Of a stretch of 40,225 bases of DNA, positions 8,114-17,873 are shown piece after piece. Both the position numbers and the translations under genes were made by a program. The stretch's first letter is position 1; each line of letters opens with the position of its first letter. The DNA lies in the UHGV virus genome UHGV-0210683. One strand, given 5' to 3'. The DNA comes from a virus. The notes beneath the pieces are model-generated. The model had not been told where the DNA came from and searched no databases. It was given only the letters and a program-made list of their open reading frames with translations.

Positions 8114-8565
8114 CAGACGCGGCATTAGTTTTAAGGCCAGTTTCGCTGAGGGCAGCTAATGAGTACATCTCTGACAATCATCGCCACCATGGAAGATGCC
8201 AGGGGTATAAGTTCGCCATCGGCCTTTTTAATGGTACCGGCAATATGGTTGGTGTCGCAGTCGTAGGCCGACCGGTAAGCCGTATCCTTGATGACGGGGT
8301 CTCAGCTGAAGTTACCAGACTGTGCACTGACGGAAGTCGAAATGCATGCTCTAAGTTATATTCGGCGGCCTGGAGGGCAGCAAAAGCCATGGGATACCGA
8401 AGGATGTTCACATATACACTGGCGTCGGAAACCGGAGTTAGCCTGAAGGCGTCAGGATGGCGTAAAGACACCCGGGTAAATGGTCGCTCATGGGATACCC
8501 CATCACGGAGAAGGACCGATAAGCACCCAACTGAAGATAAACAAAGGTGGGTTGTCATTGCTTAA
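8110..8565 (+). CDS. XF1762-family protein (Mom/GNAT-like)
   Basis: LRPVSL..AN.YI..HRHH, EVTRLCTDG..NACS.LY, TYTL..E.G.SLKASGW motifs. Confidence 0.7.
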   Translation: MTDAALVLRPVSLRAANEYISDNHRHHGRCQGYKFAIGLFNGTGNMVGVAVVGRPVSRILDDGVSAEVTRLCTDGSRNACSKLYSAAWRAAKAMGYRRMFTYTLASETGVSLKASGWRKDTRVNGRSWDTPSRRRTDKHPTEDKQRWVVIA

Positions 8566-8569
8566 CAAC

Positions 8570-8594
8570 GCCTCGCTAAATAGCGGGGCTTTTT
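8570..8594 (+). terminator. Rho-independent terminator
   Basis: GCCTCGCTA-AA-TAGCGGGGC-TTTTT. Confidence 0.7.
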
Positions 8595-8612
8595 ATTACC
8601 AGAGGAAAAACT

Positions 8613-8798
8613 ATGTTTAAACATGAATTAGGTCAGGTTGTGCAGGTCACCATCAGCGGCGAAGAAGGTCATGTAAAAGCCCGTGCTGAATATCATAACG
8701 GCCCGAATCAGTATCTCATTCATTATCTGGCAGCGGATGGCCGTGGAACTGACGGCTGGTTTGAAGAAGGCGAGCTGTCCCCGGCAGAACCACAATAA
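8613..8798 (+). CDS. Small hypothetical protein (SH3-like beta pattern)
   Basis: GAGG RBS, 61 aa, lies between two terminators. Confidence 0.7.
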   Translation: MFKHELGQVVQVTISGEEGHVKARAEYHNGPNQYLIHYLAADGRGTDGWFEEGELSPAEPQ

Positions 8799-8806
8799 CC
8801 CATCAC

Positions 8807-8833
8807 AAAGCCTGCTCACTGAGTGGGCTTTTT
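8807..8833 (+). terminator. Rho-independent terminator
   Basis: AAAGCCTGCTC-ACT-GAGTGGGCTTTTT. Confidence 0.7.
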
Positions 8834-8855
8834 AATTGGTTAAGGAGAAAGCACC

Positions 8856-9872
8856 ATGAAACCGGATTGGGGGGTGTTACAGCAACAGTTCCTCGCCGAG
8901 CATTCAGTAACGGGAATATCCCCGAAAGAATGGTGTGAGATACAGGGACTGAATTACGCAACAGCGCGTAGGTACATCAAAAAGCCAACTGTGCAGAGTG
9001 CGCAAAAAACTGCGCAAAAGAAAGTGCGCACTGCGCAGAAAAAAGAATGCGCAAATGAACCGGTGCGCAATAGTGATATACCGGATGCGCAGAGTAACAA
9101 ACCTGCCAATGCGCAGAATGATGAAACTGAGTTCAACCTGCGCAATTACCGGCTCACAGACCTACAGGCTCGCTTCGTGACTGAGTATCTTATCGACCTG
9201 AACCGGACTGCTGCATATAAACGGGCGGGCGGCAAATGCGAGGGGCATAACGCTTACGCAAGCGCGAGTCAGTTATATAGAAATATTGAGGTGAACCGGG
9301 CAATACGGGACGCTCTCGCAGCGCGGGAACGCAGAGCCGAAATTACCCAGGACGCAGTATTAAAAATGTGGTGGGACATTGCCACAGCAGATGTATCTGA
9401 GCTGACGGAATATCGCCGGTTATGTTGCCGCTACTGCTGGGGCTTTGGTTTTAACTATCAGTGGCGTGATTCGATAGAGTTTGAGGACGCTGTCAGTGAT
9501 GCTATGAGGAAGAGTCAGAGGCCACCAAACGACAGGGGTGGCTACGGTTACGACAGCACACTTGACCCGAATCCTGATTGCCCCCGCTGCAATGGTACCG
9601 GTATTGGCCGACCTCATTTCCACGATACACGGGATTTGAGGGGAGCAAGCCGCCGGTTATTTGCCGGGATAAAAGAGGGTAAGTTCGGTACCGAGGTGAT
9701 CACCCGTAATCAGGATGAGGCGCTAAAAATGGTTGCGCAGCATTTGGGGATGCTGAAAAACAGGACGGAGGTCACCGGTGCAGATGGCGGCCCGATACAA
9801 TCAACGGGATTTGACCTCAGTGGACTGACGACAGAGCAGCTTTTGCAGTTACGTGAAAAAGCGGGGAAATAG
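8856..9872 (+). CDS. Terminase small subunit with N-terminal HTH and Zn-finger insertion
   Basis: LT..Q.RF..EYLIDLN.T.AY.RAG TerS motif, CCRYC...CPRC, C-terminal EVTGADGGPI; AAGGAG RBS. Confidence 0.88.
   Translation: MKPDWGVLQQQFLAEHSVTGISPKEWCEIQGLNYATARRYIKKPTVQSAQKTAQKKVRTAQKKECANEPVRNSDIPDAQSNKPANAQNDETEFNLRNYRLTDLQARFVTEYLIDLNRTAAYKRAGGKCEGHNAYASASQLYRNIEVNRAIRDALAARERRAEITQDAVLKMWWDIATADVSELTEYRRLCCRYCWGFGFNYQWRDSIEFEDAVSDAMRKSQRPPNDRGGYGYDSTLDPNPDCPRCNGTGIGRPHFHDTRDLRGASRRLFAGIKEGKFGTEVITRNQDEALKMVAQHLGMLKNRTEVTGADGGPIQSTGFDLSGLTTEQLLQLREKAGK
8999..9144. repeat. Cluster of nine TGCGCA palindromic hexamers inside terS (candidate pac site)
   Basis: TGCGCA starts at 8999, 9011, 9025, 9032, 9048, 9064, 9086, 9110 and 9139, in all three codon phases. 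Confidence 0.8.
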
Positions 9873-10069
9873 CCTCTCTTTAACATAATGGCTCTTACCC
9901 GAATAAGAGAAATCAGGTTCACGCAAAAAGCACACTGAACCTGTCAAAAACAATACTCATCCCCGGGCAATATGCTTGTTTATTTTGTTACTCATTTGTT
10001 ATCAAAAAATCAGAAGTAGCTTCGGAGTGATTCGACGCTGAAAGGCTCATTTTTGTCATTTTAGGTGAT

Positions 10070-11479
10070 GTGATGGATATCAATGTCGATCTGTTTGATG
10101 AAGAAGTTCGCAGAGAGATAGCGCGTCGCAGCCTGCATGAATTTATCCAGTACATTAACCCGGAATACATCACCAGTCACTTTTCGGAAACGGTCTGTGC
10201 ATCACTGGATAACTTTCTGATTGAGATGATGGCCGGTAAGCGGCCGATCCTGATTCTCGGCGCACCGCCGCAGCATGGTAAATCAGATATTGTATCGCGG
10301 TATCTTCCGGCATATTTCTTCGGTAAGTATCCGGATATGCGTGTCGCAGGGCTTTCTTATGGTAAAGATTTAGCCTCTGACATGAACCGTGATGTGCAGC
10401 GGATCATGATGAGTGAGGAATACAAAGCCTTGTTTCCGGAATCGTGCCTGAATGCTAAACGTGTTGTTACGGTCGAGATTGAAGCAAAAAGAAACTCAGA
10501 AACATTCGAGATTGTCGGGCGAAAAGGTGCCTACATCAGCCAGGGGATCGGCGGGCCATTAACAGGTAAAAAAGTTGATCTCGGTATTATTGATGACCCT
10601 ATTAAAAACGCGAAAGAAGCCCTCAGCCCGGTAACGAAAAAGGCGACATGGAACTGGTACATTTCCACATTCAAAACCCGTCTGTCGAAGAACAGCGGTG
10701 AAATCATTATGGCGACCCGATGGGCGACCGATGACCTGTCAGGCAGGGTAATTGACAGCAGCGACAAAGCGAAAGTATTAGCCTTTCCCGCCATTAACGA
10801 GCGCGGTGAGGCATTGGTACCCGAACTGCATCCGATTGACTCTCTGCTTGAGAAAAAGGCGCTGTTTGGTGATTACTTCTGGTCTGCCATGTATCAGCAG
10901 AAACCGAAACCGGGAGACGGGCAGATATTCCACGAAGAATTCGCCCAGTACTACCTGCCGAAAGATCTGCCGGACACCTTTGATGAAGTCATTCACAGCT
11001 GGGATATGACGTTTAAGGACAGTGACGGCACGGACTACGTTGTCGGTCAGGTGTGGGGCAAGAAGGGCGCAAATGCCTATCTGCTGTATCAGATCCGCAA
11101 ACGCATGAGTTTTACCGAAACCCTGAAAGCCGTGAAATTACTGGTTGAGAAATATCCGCAGGCGCGGCGCAAGCTGGTGGAGGATAAAGCCAACGGACCG
11201 GCGGTCATTGATACGCTGAAAACGACCGTATCAGGATTGGTGCCCATAGAGCCGGACGGCAGCAAAATCGCCCGTGCTCACGCCTGCACCGCTGAATGGG
11301 AAGCCGGGAACGTCTGGCTGCCCCATAAAGATATTGCACCGTGGGTCACCGAAACGGTGGACGAAATCACAACATTCCCGTTTGCCGGGCACGATGACAC
11401 CGTGGATGCCATGACACAGGCACTGCGCTATCTGTATCAGAAGAAAGGCGGCGGATTCTTTTCACGCAAGAGGACATAA
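10070..11479 (+). CDS. Terminase large subunit
   Basis: Walker A APPQHGKS, Walker B IIDDP, TRW..DDL, nuclease SWD and HDD.VDA. Confidence 0.95.
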   Translation: MMDINVDLFDEEVRREIARRSLHEFIQYINPEYITSHFSETVCASLDNFLIEMMAGKRPILILGAPPQHGKSDIVSRYLPAYFFGKYPDMRVAGLSYGKDLASDMNRDVQRIMMSEEYKALFPESCLNAKRVVTVEIEAKRNSETFEIVGRKGAYISQGIGGPLTGKKVDLGIIDDPIKNAKEALSPVTKKATWNWYISTFKTRLSKNSGEIIMATRWATDDLSGRVIDSSDKAKVLAFPAINERGEALVPELHPIDSLLEKKALFGDYFWSAMYQQKPKPGDGQIFHEEFAQYYLPKDLPDTFDEVIHSWDMTFKDSDGTDYVVGQVWGKKGANAYLLYQIRKRMSFTETLKAVKLLVEKYPQARRKLVEDKANGPAVIDTLKTTVSGLVPIEPDGSKIARAHACTAEWEAGNVWLPHKDIAPWVTETVDEITTFPFAGHDDTVDAMTQALRYLYQKKGGGFFSRKRT

Positions 11480-11480
11480 C

Positions 11481-12992
11481 ATGTGGCCGTTCAGAAAGCG
11501 GAAAACAGCAGAAATTGCCGCACCTAAGCGGTCAGCGTTCTCAACGCATTTATATTCAGCACTGGCAGCCGAAACAGGATTTCAGGGGCTGGCCTTGCCG
11601 CAACCCACCATGCAGGGCGTGGCGATGGACAGTATCGACGGCACTGTACCGGCATTCAAAGGCGGTCAGGTATACGGCGTTCCTGAGTCACAGGCTGCGT
11701 GGTATGCCTCGCAGATGTTCATCGGCAACAATATGTGTGCGGTGATCGCCAAACACTGGCTGGTTGATAAAGCGTGCAGTATGCCAGCCCGTGACGCTGT
11801 CCGTCAGGGGTATGACCTCGATTGTTCCGGGAGTGACAAAGAAACGCAGAAAAAGCTGCGTAAACTCGATAAAAAATACCGCATCCGGCACCACATGAAA
11901 GAACTGGTACACCTCGGGCGGGTTTACGGTGGCAGGCTGGCACTGTTTGTTGTTGAGACATCCAACCCGAAGGAGTGGTATGAAAACCCTTTTAATCCGG
12001 ATGGCGTGACGAAAGGCATGTACAAAGGGATTAAGCAGATAGATCCGCAGTGGGTCACGCCTGACCTGACGGAAGCTAATTTACAGGACCCGGCCGGACT
12101 TGATTTTTACGACCCAACTTACTGGATTATCGGCGGACGCCGGTATCACAAATCGCACTTCGTGAAGTTCGTGCCGTTCCCGGTACCCGATGTGCTGAAA
12201 CCGACGTATAACTTTTTCGGCGTATCAGTCCCTGAGCGCGTGTACGAGCGAGTATATGCCTCTGAGCGGACCGCGAATGAAGCCCCGCAACTGGCGATGA
12301 CAAAGCGCCTGACGACTATTGGCATGGCGGATGTTGAGGGTGTTGACGCAGCCACCATTCATCAGAACATGATTGAATTTACGGAGATGCGTGATAACTA
12401 CGGTGTGCAAACTGTCGGAGCCGCAGACACTGTTCAGCAGTTCGATACGTCACTCGCGGATCTTGACGCAACCATCATGACGCAGTATCAGCTTGTTGCC
12501 GCTGCCGCAAACGTTCCTGCAACAAAGCTGCTTGGCACAACCCCGAAAGGCTTTAACGCGACCGGTGAGTACGAGGAAGCCAGTTACCGGGAAGAACTTG
12601 AAAGCATCCAGACCAATGACTTAGAAGACCTGTTGCAGCGTCACTACGACATGTTACAGCGCAGCGAGGGTATGGGGACGGACGAGCTTTCAATCACCTG
12701 GTTACCGCTGGACAGTCCTACCGCACTTGAGGATGCAGACATCAAACTCAAGCAGGCACAGACCGATTCAGCGTATGCAGCGGTCGGTGCGGTTGACGGG
12801 CTGGATATCCGTAAAAAGCTGGCGGCAGATAAAGAATCGGCATTTTACGGTATTGACGTGAACGAGGACGATTATGCCCCGGAAAATACGGGTACGAACC
12901 AAACGGGCACGGTGGGCGGCATCCCGTCAGGCAGTTATGAAGGGCAAGCCGCTGCAATATTCGGCAGCAGCCCAAAGCCGTTACCAGCGTGA
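11481..12992 (+). CDS. Portal protein (DUF1073-type)
   Basis: Follows terL; IP.TKLLG..PKGFNATGE-type motif. Confidence 0.85.
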   Translation: MWPFRKRKTAEIAAPKRSAFSTHLYSALAAETGFQGLALPQPTMQGVAMDSIDGTVPAFKGGQVYGVPESQAAWYASQMFIGNNMCAVIAKHWLVDKACSMPARDAVRQGYDLDCSGSDKETQKKLRKLDKKYRIRHHMKELVHLGRVYGGRLALFVVETSNPKEWYENPFNPDGVTKGMYKGIKQIDPQWVTPDLTEANLQDPAGLDFYDPTYWIIGGRRYHKSHFVKFVPFPVPDVLKPTYNFFGVSVPERVYERVYASERTANEAPQLAMTKRLTTIGMADVEGVDAATIHQNMIEFTEMRDNYGVQTVGAADTVQQFDTSLADLDATIMTQYQLVAAAANVPATKLLGTTPKGFNATGEYEEASYREELESIQTNDLEDLLQRHYDMLQRSEGMGTDELSITWLPLDSPTALEDADIKLKQAQTDSAYAAVGAVDGLDIRKKLAADKESAFYGIDVNEDDYAPENTGTNQTGTVGGIPSGSYEGQAAAIFGSSPKPLPA

Positions 12993-13728
12993 CATGTCAC
13001 AACTGATTAAAGGCATGATTGCAGATTACGAAAAGACGTTCAGCAGTCTGCATGAGGATTTTGACGGCGTGACCATGGATGCCAGCTTTGCCAGCCAGAC
13101 CAAAATCTGGCTGAACCGGCTTAAACGCAAGTGGGATAAGATTTTTAACAGTAAGGCCGCAGAGATGGCGGATAAGTTCACCTCGCAGGTGGACATGAAC
13201 GCACAGCGCAGTCTGGACGATTCACTGAAACAACTCTCCGGCGGTATTACGATAAAAACCCCGGCCATGCCCGAAGCCCTGAAAGACAAAATGATTGCCG
13301 CAACGGCAGAAAACGTATCCCTGATCAAATCCATTCCGCAGCAGTTTCATTCCCGTATCGAGGGCGCAGCGTTGCGTTCGGTCAGTCAGACCGGCAGCGG
13401 CAGTAAAACTCTGCTGGATGAAATACGGGATATCGGCGGGGTGACAGAGAAACGGGCTAATTTTATTGCCGTTGACCAGACCCGCAAAATTACCACGGCG
13501 GCTAACTATGAGCGGATGAAGTCTGCCGGGATCCGCAAAGCAATATGGCATCACTCGGCGGGCAGTGCGGAACCCAGGGAATTACACCTTGAGCTTGAAG
13601 GCGAAATCATTGAGTTAGATAACCCGCCGGTCATTGATAAGAAGACCGGTGAACGCGGATTCCCCGGTCAGTTACCGGGATGCAACTGCTTCTTGACACC
13701 TGTTATCGACTTTGGTGAGGAGACATGA
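12874..13728 (+). CDS. Minor head (Mu gpF-like) morphogenesis protein
   Basis: RA.FIA.DQT.K, W.HS...PR..H, PGQLPGCNC motifs. Confidence 0.85.
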   Translation: MPRKIRVRTKRARWAASRQAVMKGKPLQYSAAAQSRYQRDMSQLIKGMIADYEKTFSSLHEDFDGVTMDASFASQTKIWLNRLKRKWDKIFNSKAAEMADKFTSQVDMNAQRSLDDSLKQLSGGITIKTPAMPEALKDKMIAATAENVSLIKSIPQQFHSRIEGAALRSVSQTGSGSKTLLDEIRDIGGVTEKRANFIAVDQTRKITTAANYERMKSAGIRKAIWHHSAGSAEPRELHLELEGEIIELDNPPVIDKKTGERGFPGQLPGCNCFLTPVIDFGEET

Positions 13729-15005
13729 CAAAGCGAACCTATGACAACAACGGCTGGCTCGAAGTAAAAGACAACCCCATCTCAAAGGCCGGGGTTTTTG
13801 ATTATCTGGGGGCTGAAATCGGCGCACCGGAGCCGGACAGAATTTACAAAGTGTTCCGGCCGCCGGAGGAACTGGCCAGTGAAGAAACCATTAAATCATT
13901 CCGCCTGACCCCGTTCATTGTCGATCACGAAATGCTGGGTAAAAACGCCACACCGGCAGAGAAAAAAGGTATTCAGGGCGTTATCGGCGAAAACGTGTAT
14001 TACGACCATCCGTATTTGCGCGGGAATATCAAAATCTTTTCTGACGCCGCTCTGAGCGATATCAGCAGCGGAAAAATTGACCTTTCACCGGGCTACCGCA
14101 GCCGGTATGACTTCGGTAACCCCGGTGTGTACGAGGGGGAGGCATACGAAGTTGTTCAGCGCCACCTGCGTGGCAATCACCTTGCATTAGTCGATGAAGG
14201 GCGCACCGGCGCTGACGTGGCTGTGCAGGATCATCTTGTTGTAACCATTGATACAAAGGAACTTATTCGTATGAACGAAGAAGACAAAGACAAAAAACAG
14301 CCGACCGGTGACGAGAACGGATTTACACCGGAGCAGGTTGAGCAGATTAAACAAATCGTCGTGGCCGCACTGGCTGCCGGTACACCGGCAACGGATGAAG
14401 ACCCGGAGAAAAAGGAAACGACTGACGGCGATCCTGATCCTGAAAAGAAAACGGCAGATGCCGGAGCCGATGCGGAAAAAGCCGTTGAAGACGCAGAAGC
14501 GGAATCCGAAAAAGCGGAATCCGGTGACCCGGAAGCGGTAGAAGCGGCGGAAGTGGCGATTGAAGCCGCAGAGGAAGCCATTGCCGAAGCCAAAGAAGAA
14601 CTTGACCAGGCAACAACCGACAGTCTGACCCGTCGCCTTAAACGTCTGAAACGCGGTATTGCGTCTATGGATGAAATGTCCGCGATGAAGCGCAAAATTG
14701 CCCGTCTGGAAAAAGCCAAACCGACCATGGACACCGGCGAACTGTTAAAGCAGATCGGGGAACGTGACGCACTGGCGCACAAGCTGACGCCGTTTATCGG
14801 GGTATTTGACCACGCACCAATGACGAAACAGCAGGTGGCGGAATACGGCGTGGAAAAACTCGGTATCCGCTGCGATAAGGGCACGGAAAGTATTGCCCTG
14901 AACGCCTGGATGCAGGGGCGCACACCGGATTCACAAAAAGCGCATGCGACGATGGATACCGCCGCAGGCACGGACTCAATTATGAAAAAGTGGGGTGAAA
15001 AATAA
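13725..15005 (+). CDS. Prohead protease/scaffold fusion (DUF2213-type)
   Basis: PISKAGVF.YLG, LS.GY, NHLALVDEGR.G N-domain plus an acidic low-complexity scaffold C-domain. Confidence 0.85.
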   Translation: MTKRTYDNNGWLEVKDNPISKAGVFDYLGAEIGAPEPDRIYKVFRPPEELASEETIKSFRLTPFIVDHEMLGKNATPAEKKGIQGVIGENVYYDHPYLRGNIKIFSDAALSDISSGKIDLSPGYRSRYDFGNPGVYEGEAYEVVQRHLRGNHLALVDEGRTGADVAVQDHLVVTIDTKELIRMNEEDKDKKQPTGDENGFTPEQVEQIKQIVVAALAAGTPATDEDPEKKETTDGDPDPEKKTADAGADAEKAVEDAEAESEKAESGDPEAVEAAEVAIEAAEEAIAEAKEELDQATTDSLTRRLKRLKRGIASMDEMSAMKRKIARLEKAKPTMDTGELLKQIGERDALAHKLTPFIGVFDHAPMTKQQVAEYGVEKLGIRCDKGTESIALNAWMQGRTPDSQKAHATMDTAAGTDSIMKKWGEK

Positions 15006-15502
15006 TGGCAATCCCGAATACCGTGGCGAACGGCATGATTTCCGGTGTTATCGGTGAAATCAGTCATTACGGCCCGACCCGCGTGACCGCAGCGGTGATC
15101 AGTTCTGCGGATGAAACGAAAAACCTCTTCGGTCGTGCCTACACATACAAAGATGATTCCGTTGAATCCGTGCAGGTTGGCGGTGACGGTGCGTTTGCCG
15201 GGATCATGATTAACCCGAAAGCGTACCGTATCGGTGAAGAATACGCCCGTAACGGGACGCAGGGCGAGTTTCTCACCATGGGTGAGATTAACGCCGAAAT
15301 CACCGCCGGGGTGAAAAAAATTAATGCACCGGTGGTGTTCAGTCCGGCGGACGGTTCGCTGTCTGCGAAGGCAAAAGCGGAAGCCGGTGATCTGGTTATC
15401 GGTTTTGTCAGCCGTCACATTGAGTCAGCGGAATCGCCGCATCTGTGTGTTATCCGTCTGACCGAAATCCCGTACACAGTGGCTGCGAAGGAAGGTGAAT
15501 AA
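15005..15502 (+). CDS. Head decoration/cement protein
   Basis: Size and position between protease and MCP; TAATG coupling. Confidence 0.65.
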   Translation: MAIPNTVANGMISGVIGEISHYGPTRVTAAVISSADETKNLFGRAYTYKDDSVESVQVGGDGAFAGIMINPKAYRIGEEYARNGTQGEFLTMGEINAEITAGVKKINAPVVFSPADGSLSAKAKAEAGDLVIGFVSRHIESAESPHLCVIRLTEIPYTVAAKEGE

Positions 15503-16569
15503 TGCCAGTCAGTAAAGCAAAATTTTATATGTCCGGCCGCGATATCCGCAAACACGGGCAACTGAATATTAAGCCCGATCAGAAGTGGACATACAGCGAA
15601 CTGGATCAGATTGGTTTCGGTGGTCTGGCTGCAATGGACTCCGCACTGACCGGTCCGGCTATGTCCGGCGGATTCATTCAGCGTGAGATGTTACAGCATG
15701 TGCTGCCGGGGCTTATCCGTACCGCCACCCGCGTTCGTGTGCTGGATGAAATCACCGGCGTACTGAATGCCGGTAACTGGCACGATGAAGAAATTATCCT
15801 GAATGTGGCAACGCCTGCGAGTAAAGCCGAATTGTACGGTGATCACACTAATATTCCGTTGTCCTCCTACGGGCAGGATCAGGAACGTCGCGGTATTGTC
15901 CGTTTTGAATCGGGATTCCTGGTCGGAAAACTGGAAGAAGCCCGTCAGTCAGCAGCAGGGTTTGAGACTGCCGCAGAGAAACGTAATGCCGTTGCCGAAG
16001 CGCTGGAGCAGGGGCGGGAACGTATCGGTTATTACGGTTTCAACAGCCCGGACACCCGCGTCTTCGGGATGCTGAATGAACCGAATTTACCGGCGTATGA
16101 AACGGCTGCCGCAAAATGGAAAGGGGGCACATTTGCTGCCATCACCGGCGATATTACGGCTATGTTCTCGCGTCTGGAGATGCAGTCCGGCGGTATTATC
16201 AAAGATGATACGGCTATCACAGTGACTCTGCCGCTGGGCTACCGTTCTGCGCTGAATGTGGCAAACCCGGTCGCCCGTGGTGAAACGGTGTATCAGTGGG
16301 TGAAAGAGAACTACCCGAATCTGCGCTTTGTGTTCTCACCGGAATTTGCCGGTGCCAACGGCGGCGCGGATGTGGCGTATATGTTTGCCGAAACCGTGGA
16401 TGATGATTCTACGGCCACCAGTGCGGTTCTTCTCCAGGTGGTGCCGGTGAAATACCAGTTGCTGGGTTCAGAAAACAAAGCCAAAGGCTATCTGGAAGAT
16501 GCCACCAACGCGACCGCCGGTATCATCGTCACCCGTCCGTGGGCCATCACCCGCCTGACCGGGATTTAA
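15502..16569 (+). CDS. Major capsid protein (DUF2184-type)
   Basis: 355 aa, FG.LN.PN motif, followed by a terminator. Confidence 0.85.
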   Translation: MPVSKAKFYMSGRDIRKHGQLNIKPDQKWTYSELDQIGFGGLAAMDSALTGPAMSGGFIQREMLQHVLPGLIRTATRVRVLDEITGVLNAGNWHDEEIILNVATPASKAELYGDHTNIPLSSYGQDQERRGIVRFESGFLVGKLEEARQSAAGFETAAEKRNAVAEALEQGRERIGYYGFNSPDTRVFGMLNEPNLPAYETAAAKWKGGTFAAITGDITAMFSRLEMQSGGIIKDDTAITVTLPLGYRSALNVANPVARGETVYQWVKENYPNLRFVFSPEFAGANGGADVAYMFAETVDDDSTATSAVLLQVVPVKYQLLGSENKAKGYLEDATNATAGIIVTRPWAITRLTGI

Positions 16570-16587
16570 CCCTGTAACGCCTCAATT

Positions 16588-16610
16588 GCCCTCTGCGGAG
16601 GGCTTTTTTT
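16588..16610 (+). terminator. Rho-independent terminator after MCP
   Basis: GCCCTC-TGCG-GAGGGC-TTTTTTT. Confidence 0.85.
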
Positions 16611-16626
16611 ATTTCCGGGAGAAATT

Positions 16627-16980
16627 ATGTCTCTGTATATCTATTGCACCCTGTCCAACGACCAGAACTACGCCACACCGGACGGTCCGGTGTTTATCGC
16701 TGGTCAGGCCAATGTCATGACCAAACACATGTACACCCCGCGCGGACGTGTGACTGAAATCAGTGATGAACAGTACACGCAGCTGAAAAATAACCATGTC
16801 TTTAAGCTGCATAAAGAAAACGGGTTTATCGCGGTGGAAAACCGCAAAGAGGATCCGGATAAAGTGGCGACCGATATGGAAGCCAGCGACAAATCCGCCC
16901 CGCTGACCGAAGAGCAACTGATCGCGGAGGGGAATGAACCGCCGGTCAGCAACAACGGCAAAAAGAACAGTAAAAAATAA
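16627..16980 (+). CDS. Hypothetical virion morphogenesis protein
   Basis: GGGAG RBS; position after MCP. Confidence 0.7.
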   Translation: MSLYIYCTLSNDQNYATPDGPVFIAGQANVMTKHMYTPRGRVTEISDEQYTQLKNNHVFKLHKENGFIAVENRKEDPDKVATDMEASDKSAPLTEEQLIAEGNEPPVSNNGKKNSKK

Positions 16981-16989
16981 GGGGGTTCC

Positions 16990-17418
16990 GTGAACCCGAC
17001 CGACTTTCCGTTAATGTCTTTCCGTGCCATCTATAAGGCTTTTGCCGCGGTGCCCGATGATGAAATTTTTATCATTGCACTGGAAGCACTGAATTACTTT
17101 TCTCCCTGTCGGGGTGTCTGCACAAATTCGGCGTGGATGCTGGTCGTCGCGCATATGCTCGACCTGAACGGCCGTATTGCTGACGGGGAATCACCGACCG
17201 GTGTCGTGACCAGTGTCACGATAGATAAAGTCAGTGTGTCCTACACCGCGCCGCCTGCCGGTTCTGACTGGTCGCACTGGTTCAAGATGAGCACCTACGG
17301 CCAGCAGTTTCTGGCGCTGATAAAACGGTGCAGTGTACCGCGCTACCACGGCGGCGGCGGGGAACGGGCGGCATTTCGCGGCGCGTTCGGGCGCTTCACG
17401 CGGGGAGGTCACCGGTGA
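16990..17418 (+). CDS. Head-tail adaptor (DUF4054-type)
   Basis: FR..Y.AF, AH.L, VSVSY, STYGQQF motifs. Confidence 0.75.
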   Translation: MNPTDFPLMSFRAIYKAFAAVPDDEIFIIALEALNYFSPCRGVCTNSAWMLVVAHMLDLNGRIADGESPTGVVTSVTIDKVSVSYTAPPAGSDWSHWFKMSTYGQQFLALIKRCSVPRYHGGGGERAAFRGAFGRFTRGGHR

Positions 17419-17873
17419 CAAAACTGGCACAACTGAAAGCCGTGTATGACGAACTGGCAAAGAAGCAGCTTAAAGTCGGTTTTTTTGAGCATTCAAAATA
17501 TCCGGACGGTACCCCTGTCGCGTATGTGGCAGCCATTCAGGAACTTGGTTATCCGGCTGGGGGGATCCCGCCGCGTCCGTTTATGCGCCCGGCCATGACA
17601 GAACACAAACCGGAATACAGCAACCTGATTGTCCGGGCTGTGAAAGCTGCAGTGAAAGGCAATATCACCATCACTGACGGACTGACACAAGTCGGCGCAA
17701 AAGCAGCGGGTGACGTGAAGATGATGATTAAATCGGTCACCACACCGCCGCTTAAGGAGGCCACAGTAGCTGCCCGTGCACGGCGGCACAGCAAAGGGAA
17801 AGCCACCGGTAAGCCGCTGGTTGACTCCGGTCTGATGCTGCAATCCGTCACTTTTGCCGTGGAGGATAAATAA
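17415..17873 (+). CDS. Neck/tail-completion protein
   Basis: GTGA overlap, GGGGAGG RBS; IPPRPFMRP and KPLVDSG.M..SV motifs. Confidence 0.7.
   Translation: MTKLAQLKAVYDELAKKQLKVGFFEHSKYPDGTPVAYVAAIQELGYPAGGIPPRPFMRPAMTEHKPEYSNLIVRAVKAAVKGNITITDGLTQVGAKAAGDVKMMIKSVTTPPLKEATVAARARRHSKGKATGKPLVDSGLMLQSVTFAVEDK

Noticed and set aside
11481..12992. Anti-CBASS Acb1 label sometimes attached to DUF1073 proteins
   Set aside because: Position after terL and size identify it as the portal; no separate phosphodiesterase domain is evident.
14231..15418. 395-aa minus-strand ORF
   Set aside because: Antisense shadow of the scaffold/decoration genes; Ser/Ala-rich mirror of biased codons, with no RBS or motif.
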